In this document: positions 1 through 11,627 of the stretch, piece by piece
Layout: each line of letters starts with the position of its first letter
Numbering within the stretch: position 1 is the first letter of the stretch
DNA from: Camelus dromedarius
Lineage: Eukaryota
Direction: 5' to 3'
Assembly: GCF_036321535.1 (NCBI RefSeq)
Contig: NC_087438.1
Location: 9,984,001 to 10,048,000, forward strand
DNA: 64,000 nt
Made by a program: the position numbers and the translations under genes
The notes under the pieces: generated by a model
The model's database searches: none
Told to the model about the DNA's origin: nothing
Seen by the model: the letters and a program-made list of their open reading frames with translations, nothing else

Positions 1-137
1 CCTTTTAAGCACTAGCTATCTGGACTCATTGCTTGGTGCCCTGCAATAAACGCCGCACTTTCCCTCACGACAACCCAGGGTCAGTAGATTGGCTTTACTG
101 TGTGCAGGTAAGCGGACCCAAGTTTGGCTCAGGAACA
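1..137 (+). mobile_element. 3' end of ERV1-class LTR (truncated by window edge)
   Basis: AATAAA at 45-50, ends in ...GGAACA; aligns by eye to 1640-1780 of the neighbouring LTR (TTGCTTGGTGC...GTCAGTAGATTGG). Confidence 0.75.
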
Positions 138-214
138 TAGTGAGTGTAGGGGGAACCTGAAAATCATAAAGAGGAATTTGAGAAAAGGGTCTGCCAGAAA
201 GCATGAGATATATA

Positions 215-380
215 TTGTAGGAGGAGGAAAGGAAAGGAGGGAGAAAAAGAGGAACAAGGGAGGGGGAAGGAGGCAGAAATGAGGGAAGAGGAAGAAAAGC
301 AGGAATGAAGAGAGAACAGAGGGAAGGAGGGAAGAAGGGAGGGGGAGGGAGGGAAGGAAAGATGGAGAAAGAAAAGAAAG
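215..380. repeat. GA-rich low-complexity polypurine tract
   Basis: Almost exclusively G/A (GGAA/GGGA units). Confidence 0.9.
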
Positions 381-1161
381 GGTCATATTCCCCAGAGCAC
401 TTCCACCACTAAACAAAGTAGGTGTTTTAAATAAGTGTTTTTTTGAATTGAACTGAACTGCTCAAGTATCCTCCAATTCATCTTTCCTACCTCAGACTCA
501 CTCTTGAAGCATTTTCTCTAGAGAGGATTTGATACAGAAAGAAAGTGTTCATTCAGATCCCAACCAATAAACCACATGTGAGACCTGGCTACGCGGTGGA
601 CCTGGCCCTGAGGGGAAGGGACACACTGATCCAGGTCTTGAATGCTGAACTCCTGCCAGCAGTGCCATTCAATACCCTGGGAAACCCACGTATTCCTGAT
701 AGGCAACTTACTCTTGAGTTGAAGCTATTGGGTTTTGTTCATAAACAAAGTCATAAGTGAGCAGTTGTTCCGCCCTCTTTTTGTATATTTGTCAAAAGTA
801 AAGGCTACAAGGAGTAAAGCCAAATGCAAACAGCAGAGAGGTATAAATAAACAGCCAGGGGGCTCTGTGCCAGGAAAGAGCTTAGCATGACTAAAGAAGA
901 AAACGTAACAGGTACACTTCCTCCTGACATTTCTCAGGCAGCAGGAACCAATTCCTCGAAATAGCCATATTCACAGCAGCCTTGTTCTAACGCTACACTA
1001 GCCTCAGGCAAGGGAGAAGGGCAGGGGGCTGGGGTGTCCTCTTGCCTCCCCAGGGAACTGAAAGCTCTGCAGAGTCACATTCCCCAGCTGTAACAACTCA
1101 TATGCTTCAGTGTCCACTTGTTTCTATTTTTCCTAAATAATGTAACTGCAGAAATCCATAT

Positions 1162-1780
1162 TGAAACTGAGTAGAACCTTGTAGGACCCTCCGGGGTACA
1201 AAAGCCCCTCCGTGTCTCCCCTCTCTTGTTTGTAGAAAAGGTTTTAGGACTTCCCTGAGTTTCAAAGAGCAGACTTAAATAGTTACTAATCAGGGAAGTG
1301 AACAAATACAGAAACAGAGGAAAAGAAGCCAAGAAAGAAAAGTAATGATAAGTTAAACAGAGTCCTGTTCCTCCTCAAGGGATATGCATAACCATCTGAC
1401 ACATATCTTTGAGCTGTTCTGCAGGAACTAAGACCCCCACCCAGGTGGAGGATGGTGACTACATGCTGATCACAAGCACTTACCCTCAACAGTTTGGAAC
1501 CAGAAGGTTGATGATTAAGATTCCCAAGAAACAGCACCATTACCTCTCCACCAACCAATCAGAAGCAAGTCCACGAGCTGCAGTCCTCACCCTAAACGCT
1601 GCCTTTAAAAACTCTTCCCTGAAAGCCATCGGGAGTCCAGGTCTTTTGAGCATGAGCTGCCCATTCTCCTTGCTTGGTGCTCTGCAAATGAACGCTGTAC
1701 TTTCCTTCCCCACAGCCCAGTGTCAGTAGATTGGTTTTGCTATGTAGTGGGTGAGCAGACCCACGTTCAGTTCAGTAACA
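1162..1780 (+). mobile_element. ERV1-class solo LTR
   Basis: TG...CA termini (TGAAACTGAG...CAGTAACA), 4-bp flanks ATAT/GTAT, internal CCAAT and TTTAAAA. Confidence 0.8.
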
Positions 1781-2154
1781 GTATCTGCAGCATTGATGAT
1801 AAATTACTATGGCCACTAAAACCCCTTCCGCATCAGCCTTGGATTAGGGGCAATAAACCGCCACTGATGAGGGCTAGGAAAACAATCCCCTGTGGAAAAC
1901 AGTACTGAGCCCCAACAGTGTCTCGTTCTTACTGCTCTTCCCATCGATCTGGGCATGCTCACTTACCACCTTCTAGTTCCAATTTATGTAAAAGAGGCTG
2001 CTCACGCAGCTAGGTGAGAGAGCGTAAGTTGCAAAATAGTGTTTACAAGTAAGTGACCCATGTATGCACTGAAAACAAAACATTTACCAAAGGGTGCTGT
2101 TTGTCTTACAAAAAGTAAGTTGTGAAAACATTTAGAGAGCATTATTCTTTATAA

Positions 2155-2325
2155 TTTTTTCTGAATATATATATATAATTTATAATTATAGATTAATTAT
2201 ATATAACAATGTGTATTTTACTTAACTATAATTTAAATATATGATAATTTACATTTAAATATATAAATATTTATAGATTTATCTTGTGTATATTATGAAA
2301 ATTTTTTAATAAAGAAAAAAAAGAA
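2155..2325. repeat. AT-rich low-complexity tract
   Basis: Degenerate (TA)n/ATT run. Confidence 0.8.
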
Positions 2326-3698
2326 AACTAAAATCTTTAACGTCACTAGCCAGAGATAAACAGCATCAATATTTTGGTATATGTCCTTTTGTTCTGTTTT
2401 CTATACATACTTACATACCTTTTTTTATTTTTACAAAACTGGAGTAATATTGCTTTAGTGGCCTACTTTCTTCAATCTTAAAGTGAGCATAATTAATAAG
2501 AATATGGTATAAGGCTAATAGCCATGTTTTATACCCTTACAAGGTAAACTTGATAAATTTATGTAAGATTACATAATATATAGATTTTAAATTAAGATAT
2601 ACAAAAAAGTCATTGGTTTATTGGTATTAGCTATAGCAAAGCCATCTGTCATTTCAGGGTCTCTATTTTCCCGGGCAGAAAATGGGTAAAAGAATCACTA
2701 AAAAGACTAAAATGAGCAAATAAGTATTTGTCTTAATGAAACACAAAGTAAATGTACTGGAAACTCCAAGTATTTATGACATATAAGTTACATGAAAATA
2801 AGAACATTAATGAGACTACCACAGCAAGATGCTCAAAAGAATAAAAAAGGTAATTTCGTGCAGGGTAAGTAACTCCAGAGGGGAGGAAAATGTTGAAGTA
2901 TTACACACATAAACTATATGCATTGCTTTTAACTAAATAAGTATAAATTTACATTTTATTAAATTATGACAGGATGCATATTTTAGTGGTTAGCATAATA
3001 CATTCCTATGGTAATATAGCTGTAGATAGTGTAAATGAAAACATGCATAAATACAACCACTTTTGAAGATAAATGCAAAAAAAAAGTATCTGGGTTTTTT
3101 TCACTCCATAATATTCATTGAAGAGAGAGAGAGCAAAGCCAAACGAAGTGAAAGCTGATTCAAATGCACAGAGTTCTTGCCAGCCGTTTCTCACCTGCTG
3201 TGCGCTAAGGCAAATGTAAAAGACACAAGGAAACTGCCCAGTGGGGCTTTCTCTGCTCACCATCCCTCTCTCGCTCTCCAAGGGAACTAAACATTTGCTT
3301 TTGTCCAAACGCAAGGGCTAAAGAGAGCTAGTAACAACCAACAAACTTCACACAAAAGCAGCCTCCGCCACACCTGGATATATTTGATGCTCGCTACGGG
3401 ACAATGGTTCGCTTGGGTCCACGACGCAACGACTAGTGGCCTTTCTTAAGAAAGATAAAGGGGAAAGGAGGTCCCTGAACCTATGCTTTGGCATTTTACG
3501 AGTGCGCTGGTGGACATGGTTGACCACCACCTCCCGAGAAAAACATGCAAAACTCAAAAACCAGCGACTCTAGCCCCACAGGTTCATGAAGGCGCTTTCA
3601 GTCCCCACGCCCTGAGGTTGAAGCCGGGAACAGAAGCCGGCCCCTTCCCGCCAGAGCGGGGCCCCGCGGAGCCCAGAGCTCGGGGCAGCTCGCAGGCC

Positions 3699-3708
3699 GC
3701 GCATGCGC
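3699..3708. promoter_or_regulatory. NRF1 site
   Basis: Palindrome GCGCATGCGC. Confidence 0.7.
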
Positions 3709-3756
3709 CGCGGCAGGGCGCGCCAGGCGTGGGAGCCGCGCGGACCGAGCACGTAC

Positions 3757-3773
3757 AGTACCGGCTTGTCCAT
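3757..3773 (-). CDS. Putative first coding exon of an unidentified minus-strand gene (MDKP or MDKPVL...)
   Basis: Strong Kozak context gccATGG at 3773 inside the CpG island, followed by candidate donors CCG|GTACTG (GT 3761-3760) and ACT|GTACGT (GT 3756-3755); in-frame upstream ATG at 3803 (MSRGAPERSA). Confidence 0.45.
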
Positions 3774-3906
3774 GGCGCTGCGCTCCGGAGCTCCGCGGGA
3801 CATGCCACCGGTGGGGGCCGGCCGGCCGGTCCTGGGCCCCGCCGGCGACGCCACCGTCCCGGACCGCGCTGCTCCCCTGCGTCTGCTCCGGCCGCTCCCC
3901 GCCCGA

Positions 3907-3911
3907 CCAAT
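3907..3911 (+). promoter_or_regulatory. CCAAT box (NF-Y)
   Basis: GACCAATC within the CpG island. Confidence 0.6.
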
Positions 3912-3933
3912 CCGGCTGTTTGCGGCTCACGCG

Positions 3934-3947
3934 GTTGCCATGGCGAC
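3934..3947. promoter_or_regulatory. RFX X-box
   Basis: GTTGCCATGGCGAC, one mismatch to the palindromic X-box GTTGCCATGGCAAC. Confidence 0.8.
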
Positions 3948-4029
3948 GAGCTTCGCCCCGCCTGGACCAGGCTCCCTCCGCCGGCTCACGGTACTCCAGT
4001 GCCTCCCCGCGTCCGCGCGCCCGAGCCGC

Positions 4030-4037
4030 TGACGTCG
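4030..4037. promoter_or_regulatory. CRE-like site (CREB/ATF)
   Basis: TGACGTCG, 7/8 match to TGACGTCA. Confidence 0.5.
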
Positions 4038-4509
4038 GAGCCGGCTCCCGGAGAGCGGAGAGCTTTCGGCTGCCGAGCTGCAGATGGTATTTCTTGGCTG
4101 TTTTCCATCAAGTTTCTGCTGGCTCTCAGCTAAATGTTACTTCTAGCATCAGCCAAGTCCACTTATTTGGAATTTCTTTGAGGAATATTATGTTTCTAGC
4201 TTCAGGAGAAAAAAATACTCAAAATGAGATTTAGAATATTTAATTTGCACATCTTCCCACAGTCTTGACTCACACTTTGGTTCCTCTCATTGCTTCCTCG
4301 TCAGATACCTTCAGAGCAGAACTTCCTGGAAGTGTCTAGCCTAGAGTTTTAACCCGGAGGTGACGAAGATAATGTCCTAAATGCTGTCCGCCTGTCAGAA
4401 CAGTAACTGCATTGGCATGTGTGAAGTTCCCAGGAACTTTGCTCTAAAAAAATTTACAAAGGAAAATATAAATATTTCATGTCTGCGAATTGTCCTCCCT
4501 CATTGGGAC

Positions 4510-4820
4510 TAGGACTACCTGTTAGAATTATAATATTTGCCACGTGTCAGCTTATAGCTTCTAGAAGCCACATTTTAAAACGTGAAAAGAAACGGGTGAA
4601 ATTAATTTTAATATTGTTTCATTTAACCCAATAGATCCAAAGTATTTTTGATTTATTATCAATATAAATATTATTCGTGAGATAGTTTACATTTTTTATT
4701 GTACTATATCTTCAAATTTGTATGCATATTTTACAGGAACAGCACATTCGAAATCAGACCAGCTGCATTTCAAAAGCTTAATAGTTCATATGGCTGGTGG
4801 CTACTGTATAAAACAGTTCA
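4510..4820. mobile_element. hAT-Charlie MITE, MER33-like
   Basis: AGCCACATTTTAAAA...GGTGAAATTAATTTTAATA...ATGGCTGGTGGCTACTGTA resembles recalled MER33 consensus. Confidence 0.75.
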
Positions 4821-4879
4821 AATTTACTGGACTGTAAGCGCTAGGAAGACTAGGTCCAAATCTCCATGGGAAGAAGATT

Positions 4880-5610
4880 GCATCTGTTCATAAGGGGTAC
4901 TAAATACATGTGTAACATGGTTCTGACTGATGAACCATAAATGGCAGTCTACTGGAACTCCTGGGAATGCCTTTACTTTCTTCATGAAAAAGACAGATTC
5001 AGCTGTCCCCTTCACATTTTCTTACAGCTGGAATGTGACCATGATGGAGCTGTTGTAAGCAACTATATTATGACTGTCTTAGTCAGCTGGCTTTACTGTA
5101 AAGAAGTATCGTAGCCTGAGTGGCTTGTAAACAAGATAAATTTATTTCTCATAGTTCCGGGGGCCGGAAGTCTGAAATCAGGGTGCCAGCATGGTCTGGT
5201 TCTGGTGAGAGCTCTCTTCCAGGTTAAGGTGCTGACTTTTCATTGTATCCTCACATGTTAGAAACAGAGCCAGCTAACTCCCTAGCCTCTTATAAGGGCC
5301 CTAACCCCATTTATGAGGGCTTCACCTTCATGACCTAATTACTTCCCAAAAGCCCCACCTTTTAATAGTATTATATTGGGATTAGGGTCTCAACAAATTT
5401 GGGGAAACACAAATATTCAGTCCATTGTGATGACCATGAGGGGAAATCCCGTTGAATTACAAGAATGATAGCTTTAATGTCTTTGAGTCTGAACCAACAA
5501 TAGCAACTGCCACTTCCAAACCACTTGTTAGGTAGGAAATTAAACCTCTATTTTTTTAAAGCTTTGTACATGATGTTTTCTGTTCCCTGCAACTGAAAGC
5601 AGTCCTCAGC
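4880..5610 (+). mobile_element. Old MaLR LTR (MLT1J/K/L-like), interrupted at 5075-5429
   Basis: CTGGAATGTGACCATGATGGAGCTG...GACCATGAGGGG...TAAACCTCTA...CCTGCAACTGAAAGCA. Confidence 0.55.
5075..5429 (-). mobile_element. MaLR solo LTR, MLT1A-like
   Basis: TGTCTTAGTC start, typical MLT1A body, perfect 5-bp TSD ATGAC (5070-5074 / 5430-5434). Confidence 0.85.
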
Positions 5611-7189
5611 GATATGGCAGCTGCCAACCATTTGATTTTTTATGGGTCAATTTTATTTTGCGAATATGAGTTATAAATTGGATAGTCTCAAACTAAAGGT
5701 AACTTTCACTGCTGTCCCAACCAAAGAAGAATAAATAAAGAAAGGGTCAAATAATTGGTGAATAAAAGCTCTAGCCGGTTTTGTTCAAATTCACTCAAGT
5801 ACAGAGGCCAGGTGAGTGGCATCTGTTCTACTCCATGACTGCCACCATCTCCCTTGGTATCCAAAACCCCACTCTCTTTTGCAGGCAGGGGCTAAGAAAG
5901 TTTACAAATGCCCTTGGATGCTGAAGCAGGGATGTCCTCCCCATTTGGTAAGATGAGCCAAGTAAAGCCTCCAGGCACAGGTGGGTATCAGTCCTGTTGG
6001 AAGTTGAGTACATGCCCTGAGGTCAGCCATCCCTGGAATGCTTTTGCCTCGTGGTAATGAAAAGGGCTCCATAGGCACCATTCAGAGATGCTCCTTTAAG
6101 GATCCATGGGTGTTGGCCAAGCCACTCTGTGCAGATGCCCTTTTTCCTTCTGGTCCTCCATGGTCCACAAGGCCCAAGGTCACTATCCTCAGGTGTCCTT
6201 CAACCACCTGGCTACTCCTCCTTCTCCTCCCAGTCTCGCCCACTCTGCTTCCCTGCAGGTCATAGCCAGGTGCTCCAGCATTACTACTCCAAGGAGTCTA
6301 GGCTGCTACGGTCATGCTGGCTTCCACAGAGGGGTGGTGCCAGAAGGCACCAGAGTGGACATTTGTCCTCTTTGACCTGCACCCAAATCCACCCCCACCC
6401 CCACCACACTCCCCCCGTCCCCGTACTTGGAGAATTTCACACCAAGCAGAGCTCTCCTTCCCCTACAGAAACCAAAAGTACCAAATATTCTCCCCACCTG
6501 CTTACCGCTAGGGCATCAGCATGTGACCCAGGCATGACCAATCAAATTGTGCCAGCCTTGGACTTCAGCCAGGAGCTGGGGAGCCAAAATCATGGGACAG
6601 CTGAGAATGCATTCTGACAGAGGGTGGCTGCAACAACACTGATTGAATTTCCAAGGCAGTTGTTGCAGTGGTAGCCCCCTATGCAGTGCACCCCTCAGTC
6701 AATCAGCAAGGTAGCAACATCCTCAACAGGCTGGTTTTGCGGCAGGGTGTCTGATCGGTTTCTGGTTACTGCCAAAAGATCATCCTGGCCATTTTCCAAG
6801 CCCTACTGTCTAACTTTCTCAGCTATTCTGAGCTGCCCAGTTGTCTTTTTTTGCTTCAATCCATTGTAGTAAATTTCTGTTACTTGCAATTGAGAACCAG
6901 GATTTTGACAGCCACACGTTCAATACTGTCCCATCCTCTTAGTCTCCTTAACAACATTAACTTGAGGCTGTTGTGTGTGTAATGAACTTGATTAAAGTTG
7001 GGAAATACTAACAAATGGAGGAATTACAGAAGGAAGGAAGGAGAGATTTAAAGCAGCATAGAAAATGTAACCTTCTCGGATTTGGGCGGCAAATGTTGAA
7101 GAGTTCAGCTCTTCAATGGGAGTTTCTTCACAGGGCAAAGGGGAACAGTTCGCAAGTTCCTAGCCCTCTTTACCGATTTCAGAGGTGAA

Positions 7190-7470
7190 GCAGTCAGAGT
7201 TCTACCAGAGAAAATGAACCAGCAGAATGTGTACACATAGGAACACTTGCACACACACAGGCACACACATACACAGGCAAACTATATAAATTATACATAT
7301 TTCAAGGAATTGGCTTTTCACAATTGTGGGGGCTGGCAGGCCTAAAATCCTTAGGGTAGGCTGTCAGAAAGATCAGGTTGGAAACACCTGGGCAGGGTCG
7401 GAAGCCGCAGCCCACAGGCAGGATTTCTTGTTCCTCAGGGAAACTTCATCTTTGCTCTTAAGACCTTTCC
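7190..7470 (-). mobile_element. ERVL LTR fragment, MLT2-like
   Basis: CAGAGTTCTACCAGAGAAAATGAACC...AAGGAATTGGCT...GGGGCTGGCAGG. Confidence 0.7.
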
Positions 7471-10054
7471 ACAGTGAGCAGTCATGTGACAGCAATCAGC
7501 TACCAAACAAATGTAAGAGCTATATTTTGCAGTACACTATTTGCAAAATGTTGTTGATACAAATACTTTGATAATTAAAACTTAAACTTTCCACTAAAAA
7601 TAAAATCTTATAACATGGAAAGCTAAACACACCGGATAAATGCTTTTTTTATCCAGGAAAATATAAAATTGCCAGAAGTATTAAACTAAAATGGTACAGA
7701 CTGAGAAAAGAAACAGAAAAGAATTTTCCATTGTACTTGATATTTGTAGAATAATGGTTTACCAAACTATTTCAATCTAAAGTATTACCCACAAAAACAG
7801 TATACAGATCTCAATATCTAATAGTAAAATTTAACAAGTGGGGTGTGCAATTACAATAACTGTTAAATGCCAGCGTGAAATGTATATAATAAAACTACAT
7901 TTATTTTTTGCCAAGGTGCAATGCTCTAATAAAATACCGCTTTATAAAAGGATTTACATTTTAATCAAAACAATATTTTCCACCTATATCTGAGGATAGC
8001 CAATTCATTACTTAAATGTTTGAAAAAAATTAATGATGAAAAATAAAAATGGTATAAATGCATAAGAGTTCCTTGTTATTTAAATTGCCTTTACATTCTA
8101 TATTTTAGTTTGGGCCTTTGGGTAGGACCTCCGATTATCAAAAACAAACGAAATAATCTATCAAAGAAACATCTGCTTTCTGGCACTTGGATGGCCTTAC
8201 CAATAATTTTTAATATTGATGTATTAAAGTAATTTCTTAGACAAATTGAAAGGAGCATGTATCAAGATTTTATTTCAAATTTTCCACAAGAGCAGAGCCA
8301 GCCAATTCCAAGATGTCCCTTCTGTTAGAGATAGTCATAAGAAAAAAAAAGAAGTGGCTGTTAAGAAATATTTTCCAAAACTTAGAAACAAGGAAGAAAG
8401 AAGCGTGTGTGACTTTTCAGTCTTACAGTGAAAAATCGTTTAATAACTGGCCCACCCAAGGATTATTTAATTCTTCAGAAGAATGCACCTGTGTCTGAAT
8501 TATTACCATGAATTAGGGTCCAGACTCTGAAGTTATAGGTTAACTGGTAGATTTCTGTCCTGTAAAAATGAAATGATTTCTGAAGTATACAATAAACCAC
8601 CTTTTATGGAAAAAAAATGAAATGACTTCTATCTGGGAGAAAATATAATCACAGGAGTTCCCATTTCAAGGTTATGTAGGATATTAGTTTACATTCCATT
8701 GATGATACTCAGTATTTCCCATAAATTTGAAACTAGCTGCATCTCTCATTAATGAGTTAAATAAATCTTTGACATATGCTGTTTTGTATTTATAGAAGAA
8801 TCATGCTTTTAGAAGTTTTGAGTTATACTTCCATATGACACAATATAAAATATGCGTGGTGGCCTCGGACTCGTACAAAGGCAGATGGTCAGTTGGGTGG
8901 GTAAGGAGGCACATAACTTTCCAAAAGGGTAGCTTAACCTCCTTAAAGTCTATCAGAAAATTGCTCAGAAATGCTAATTATTTCCCAGGAGTTATAAACT
9001 ATGTCAGCAAAAAAAAAAAAAATGTATATACCAGACCTTGTTTGGGACCGTTTTCCTTCTCAGTTGCCATTTTTAATTGGGAAAACATTATATATATCGT
9101 CTACCATCAATTGACAGAAAAAGCCATAGAATTACACTGTTTCACAGGATTATGCTGAGGGAGGAATATCAGAAAGAAAAATGCTGAAGAATTCTTAGAA
9201 TTGGGCACCTAAAAAATTTCTCCTGCCAATAAAGAGGAGGCTTTATCACGTGTCTGTCACATACTCCCAGCCTATCTGCTCCTTTCTGAAAGCGCAGGCC
9301 AGAAAGGGAGAGTGAATTTTCAAAATATCTCATCTTTGTCAAGTTTTTTGTTGAAAAGTAGGAGAAACCCACTCACATGGGTTTAAGCAAAGAGGAAGAG
9401 GGTTGAGGAGGCTACGGGGGTGTCTCAGTAGCCCGAGGCAAGATGGAAGCAACCAGCAGGTAACTGCATCTCGTCAGTGGGACCTGCTCCCTAACTCCTC
9501 CCTCTCTCTAAATAGCTCTCCCTAAAGAGCTTTGCCTCTCCATGCACACGGCAGGAGGTTGCTGTCCCGTGACACCCTGGTTTACACGTCCTTAGTTCAG
9601 GTACCCAGCAGAGACAGACAGACAAGCATGTCTTAACCCCACTTCCTGGAGCGGGGATCTTAGGTCCAGCGCTCACCTGGTCCAGTCAGCTCCGGTCAGT
9701 GGAGCCAACAAGACCTGGAGAGCCATCCTGCTGAAGGAAGGAAGGGTGTGGGATAAGCAGGCACCCAGTAGGGGTCCGCCACAATCCAAGAGCATCCTCT
9801 CCAAGTGTGTGAAGGCTTTCTTCTCACTTTTCCAACATCCCCCTCACACCATAGCATTCCATTTATTTCTTAATTTATTCAGCAATCAAACACATTGGAA
9901 ATCCTGGCCATGTGCCAGGAGCTGTACTAGGGGGAAGAAAAGAAAACACAGTCCCTGCCCCCCACTTTTTTTTTTTTTACTGTCAAATGAAAGTCCATTA
10001 CACTTCTTGAACAAATAAAGACATTTCAGTTCAAGAAATATGTCAATTCTCCTT

Positions 10055-10799
10055 GAAAAGGGAACCCTCCTACCCTGCTGGTGGGAATGCAGTTTGGTGC
10101 AGCCACTGTGGAAAACAGTATGGAGATTCCTCGAAACACTAGGAATAGACTTACCATATGACCCAGTCATCCCACTCCTGGGCATATATCCAGAAGGAAC
10201 CCTACTTCAAAAAGACACCTGCACCCCAATATTCATAGCAGCACTATTTACAATAGCCAAGACATGAAAACAGCCTAAATGTCCATCAACAGATGACTGG
10301 ATAAAGAAGAAGTGGTGTATTTGTACAATGAGATACTATTCAGGCATAAAAAATGACAACATAACACCATTTGCAGCAACATTGATGTTTCTGGAGAATG
10401 TCATTCTAAGTGAAGTAAGCCAGAAAGAGAAAGAAAAATACCATATGAGATAGCTCATATGTGGAATCTTAAAAAAAATAATAAATACAAAACAGAAACA
10501 GACTCATAGACATACATAGAATACAAACCTGTGGTTGCCAAGGGGGAGGGGGGTGGGAAGGGATACACTGGGAGTTCAAAATTTGTAGATACTGACAGGC
10601 ATATGCAGAATAGATAAACAAGATTATACTGTGTAACACAGGGAAATATATAGAAGATCTTGTGGTAGCTCACAGCGAAAAAAAAGTGACAATTAATATA
10701 TGTATGTTCATGTATAACTGAAAAATTGTGTTCTACGCTAGAATTTGACACAACATTGTAAAATGACTATAATTCAATAAAAAATGTTTAAAAACAAAA
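10055..10799 (+). mobile_element. Young 5'-truncated L1 (ORF2 C-terminus + 3'UTR + A-tail)
   Basis: Encodes [19 protein letters not shown] (ORF2 Cys-rich end); AATAAA and A-rich tail; 22-bp TSD at 10033-10054 / 10800-10821 with 1 mismatch. Confidence 0.95.
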
Positions 10800-11627
10800 A
10801 AGAAATGTGTCAATTCTCCTTAATGACCAAACATACTAAAACCAGATTTCTCTCAAACCAGTTCCTTATTTGACCCATCGGCCACTGCTGACTCTGCAGA
10901 CTGACTCACAGTCAGGCTACCATCATCTTCACTATCCCAGTGCTCTTAGATCAAGATAATCAAGGTCCGTCTGGATAGAAAAACTTTTGTTTAAAGTAAT
11001 TTAAGTACAAAATTGAACCTTAAGAGACTTAAGCAGTATGTAAAGACTTAAGGAAAATTAATATTTGACTTCAATGTAATTTTTTTAAATTAAATGAATC
11101 TCGTTTTATGCCACTTGTCATTCCCAGTATTGAGACCACCACTGTGCATTCTTCTGAGCTTTGCTCACTGGGGCGAGAATGATGTGGTAAGATTTTGGGG
11201 AATCCCTGTTCCCTCTAAGGTGACCCAACACATCCACCCTGTTTGGTAAACATAGGGGTAGACCACCTCAAGACTCTAAAATTTCAAAGGCTCATAATTC
11301 AGACTCCACAAAACTGGACGTTTGTGAATAACAGATAAGGGCAGGGCTCATGTGTCTTTTCATTATTTGTAAAGAAAGGATTTGCTGAATAAATGAATGG
11401 TGTACACAAACTTTATCTAAGGGGAAGATAAAGTGTTTTGAATCCTTCTGTAAGTAATTTTCAAATATTTGTAAGCGCTCCAGGAAAGTACATATTCATA
11501 AATCATTGATACATTCATTGGAAAGCATTCTTATAGAGCCATCAAATCTGATTCCCTCAGGATTCCTGCTAGGCAATACTTTGCTCTCCTGGCCTAATTG
11601 CTGTGTGTACTTAAAAGTAATAAACAT

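Larger units (their letters stand above)
3380..4090. promoter_or_regulatory. CpG island / promoter
   Basis: Very high GC and CpG density (core 3600-4080) against a CpG-depleted background; clustered promoter motifs. Confidence 0.92.

Noticed and set aside
1..1780. The two LTRs as a single provirus
   Set aside because: No primer-binding site after 137, no gag/pol remnants between them, the copies are clearly diverged, and the second has its own TSD-like flanks
3750..3773. KPVLY resembles the GSTZ1 N-terminal KPILY
   Set aside because: The following SYFRSSCSWR motif is absent; a five-residue match is not evidence
3483..4234. Several overlapping 94-216 aa ORFs across the CpG island
   Set aside because: Stop-codon scarcity in GC-rich DNA; Pro/Arg/Ala/Gly-rich with no recognisable domain
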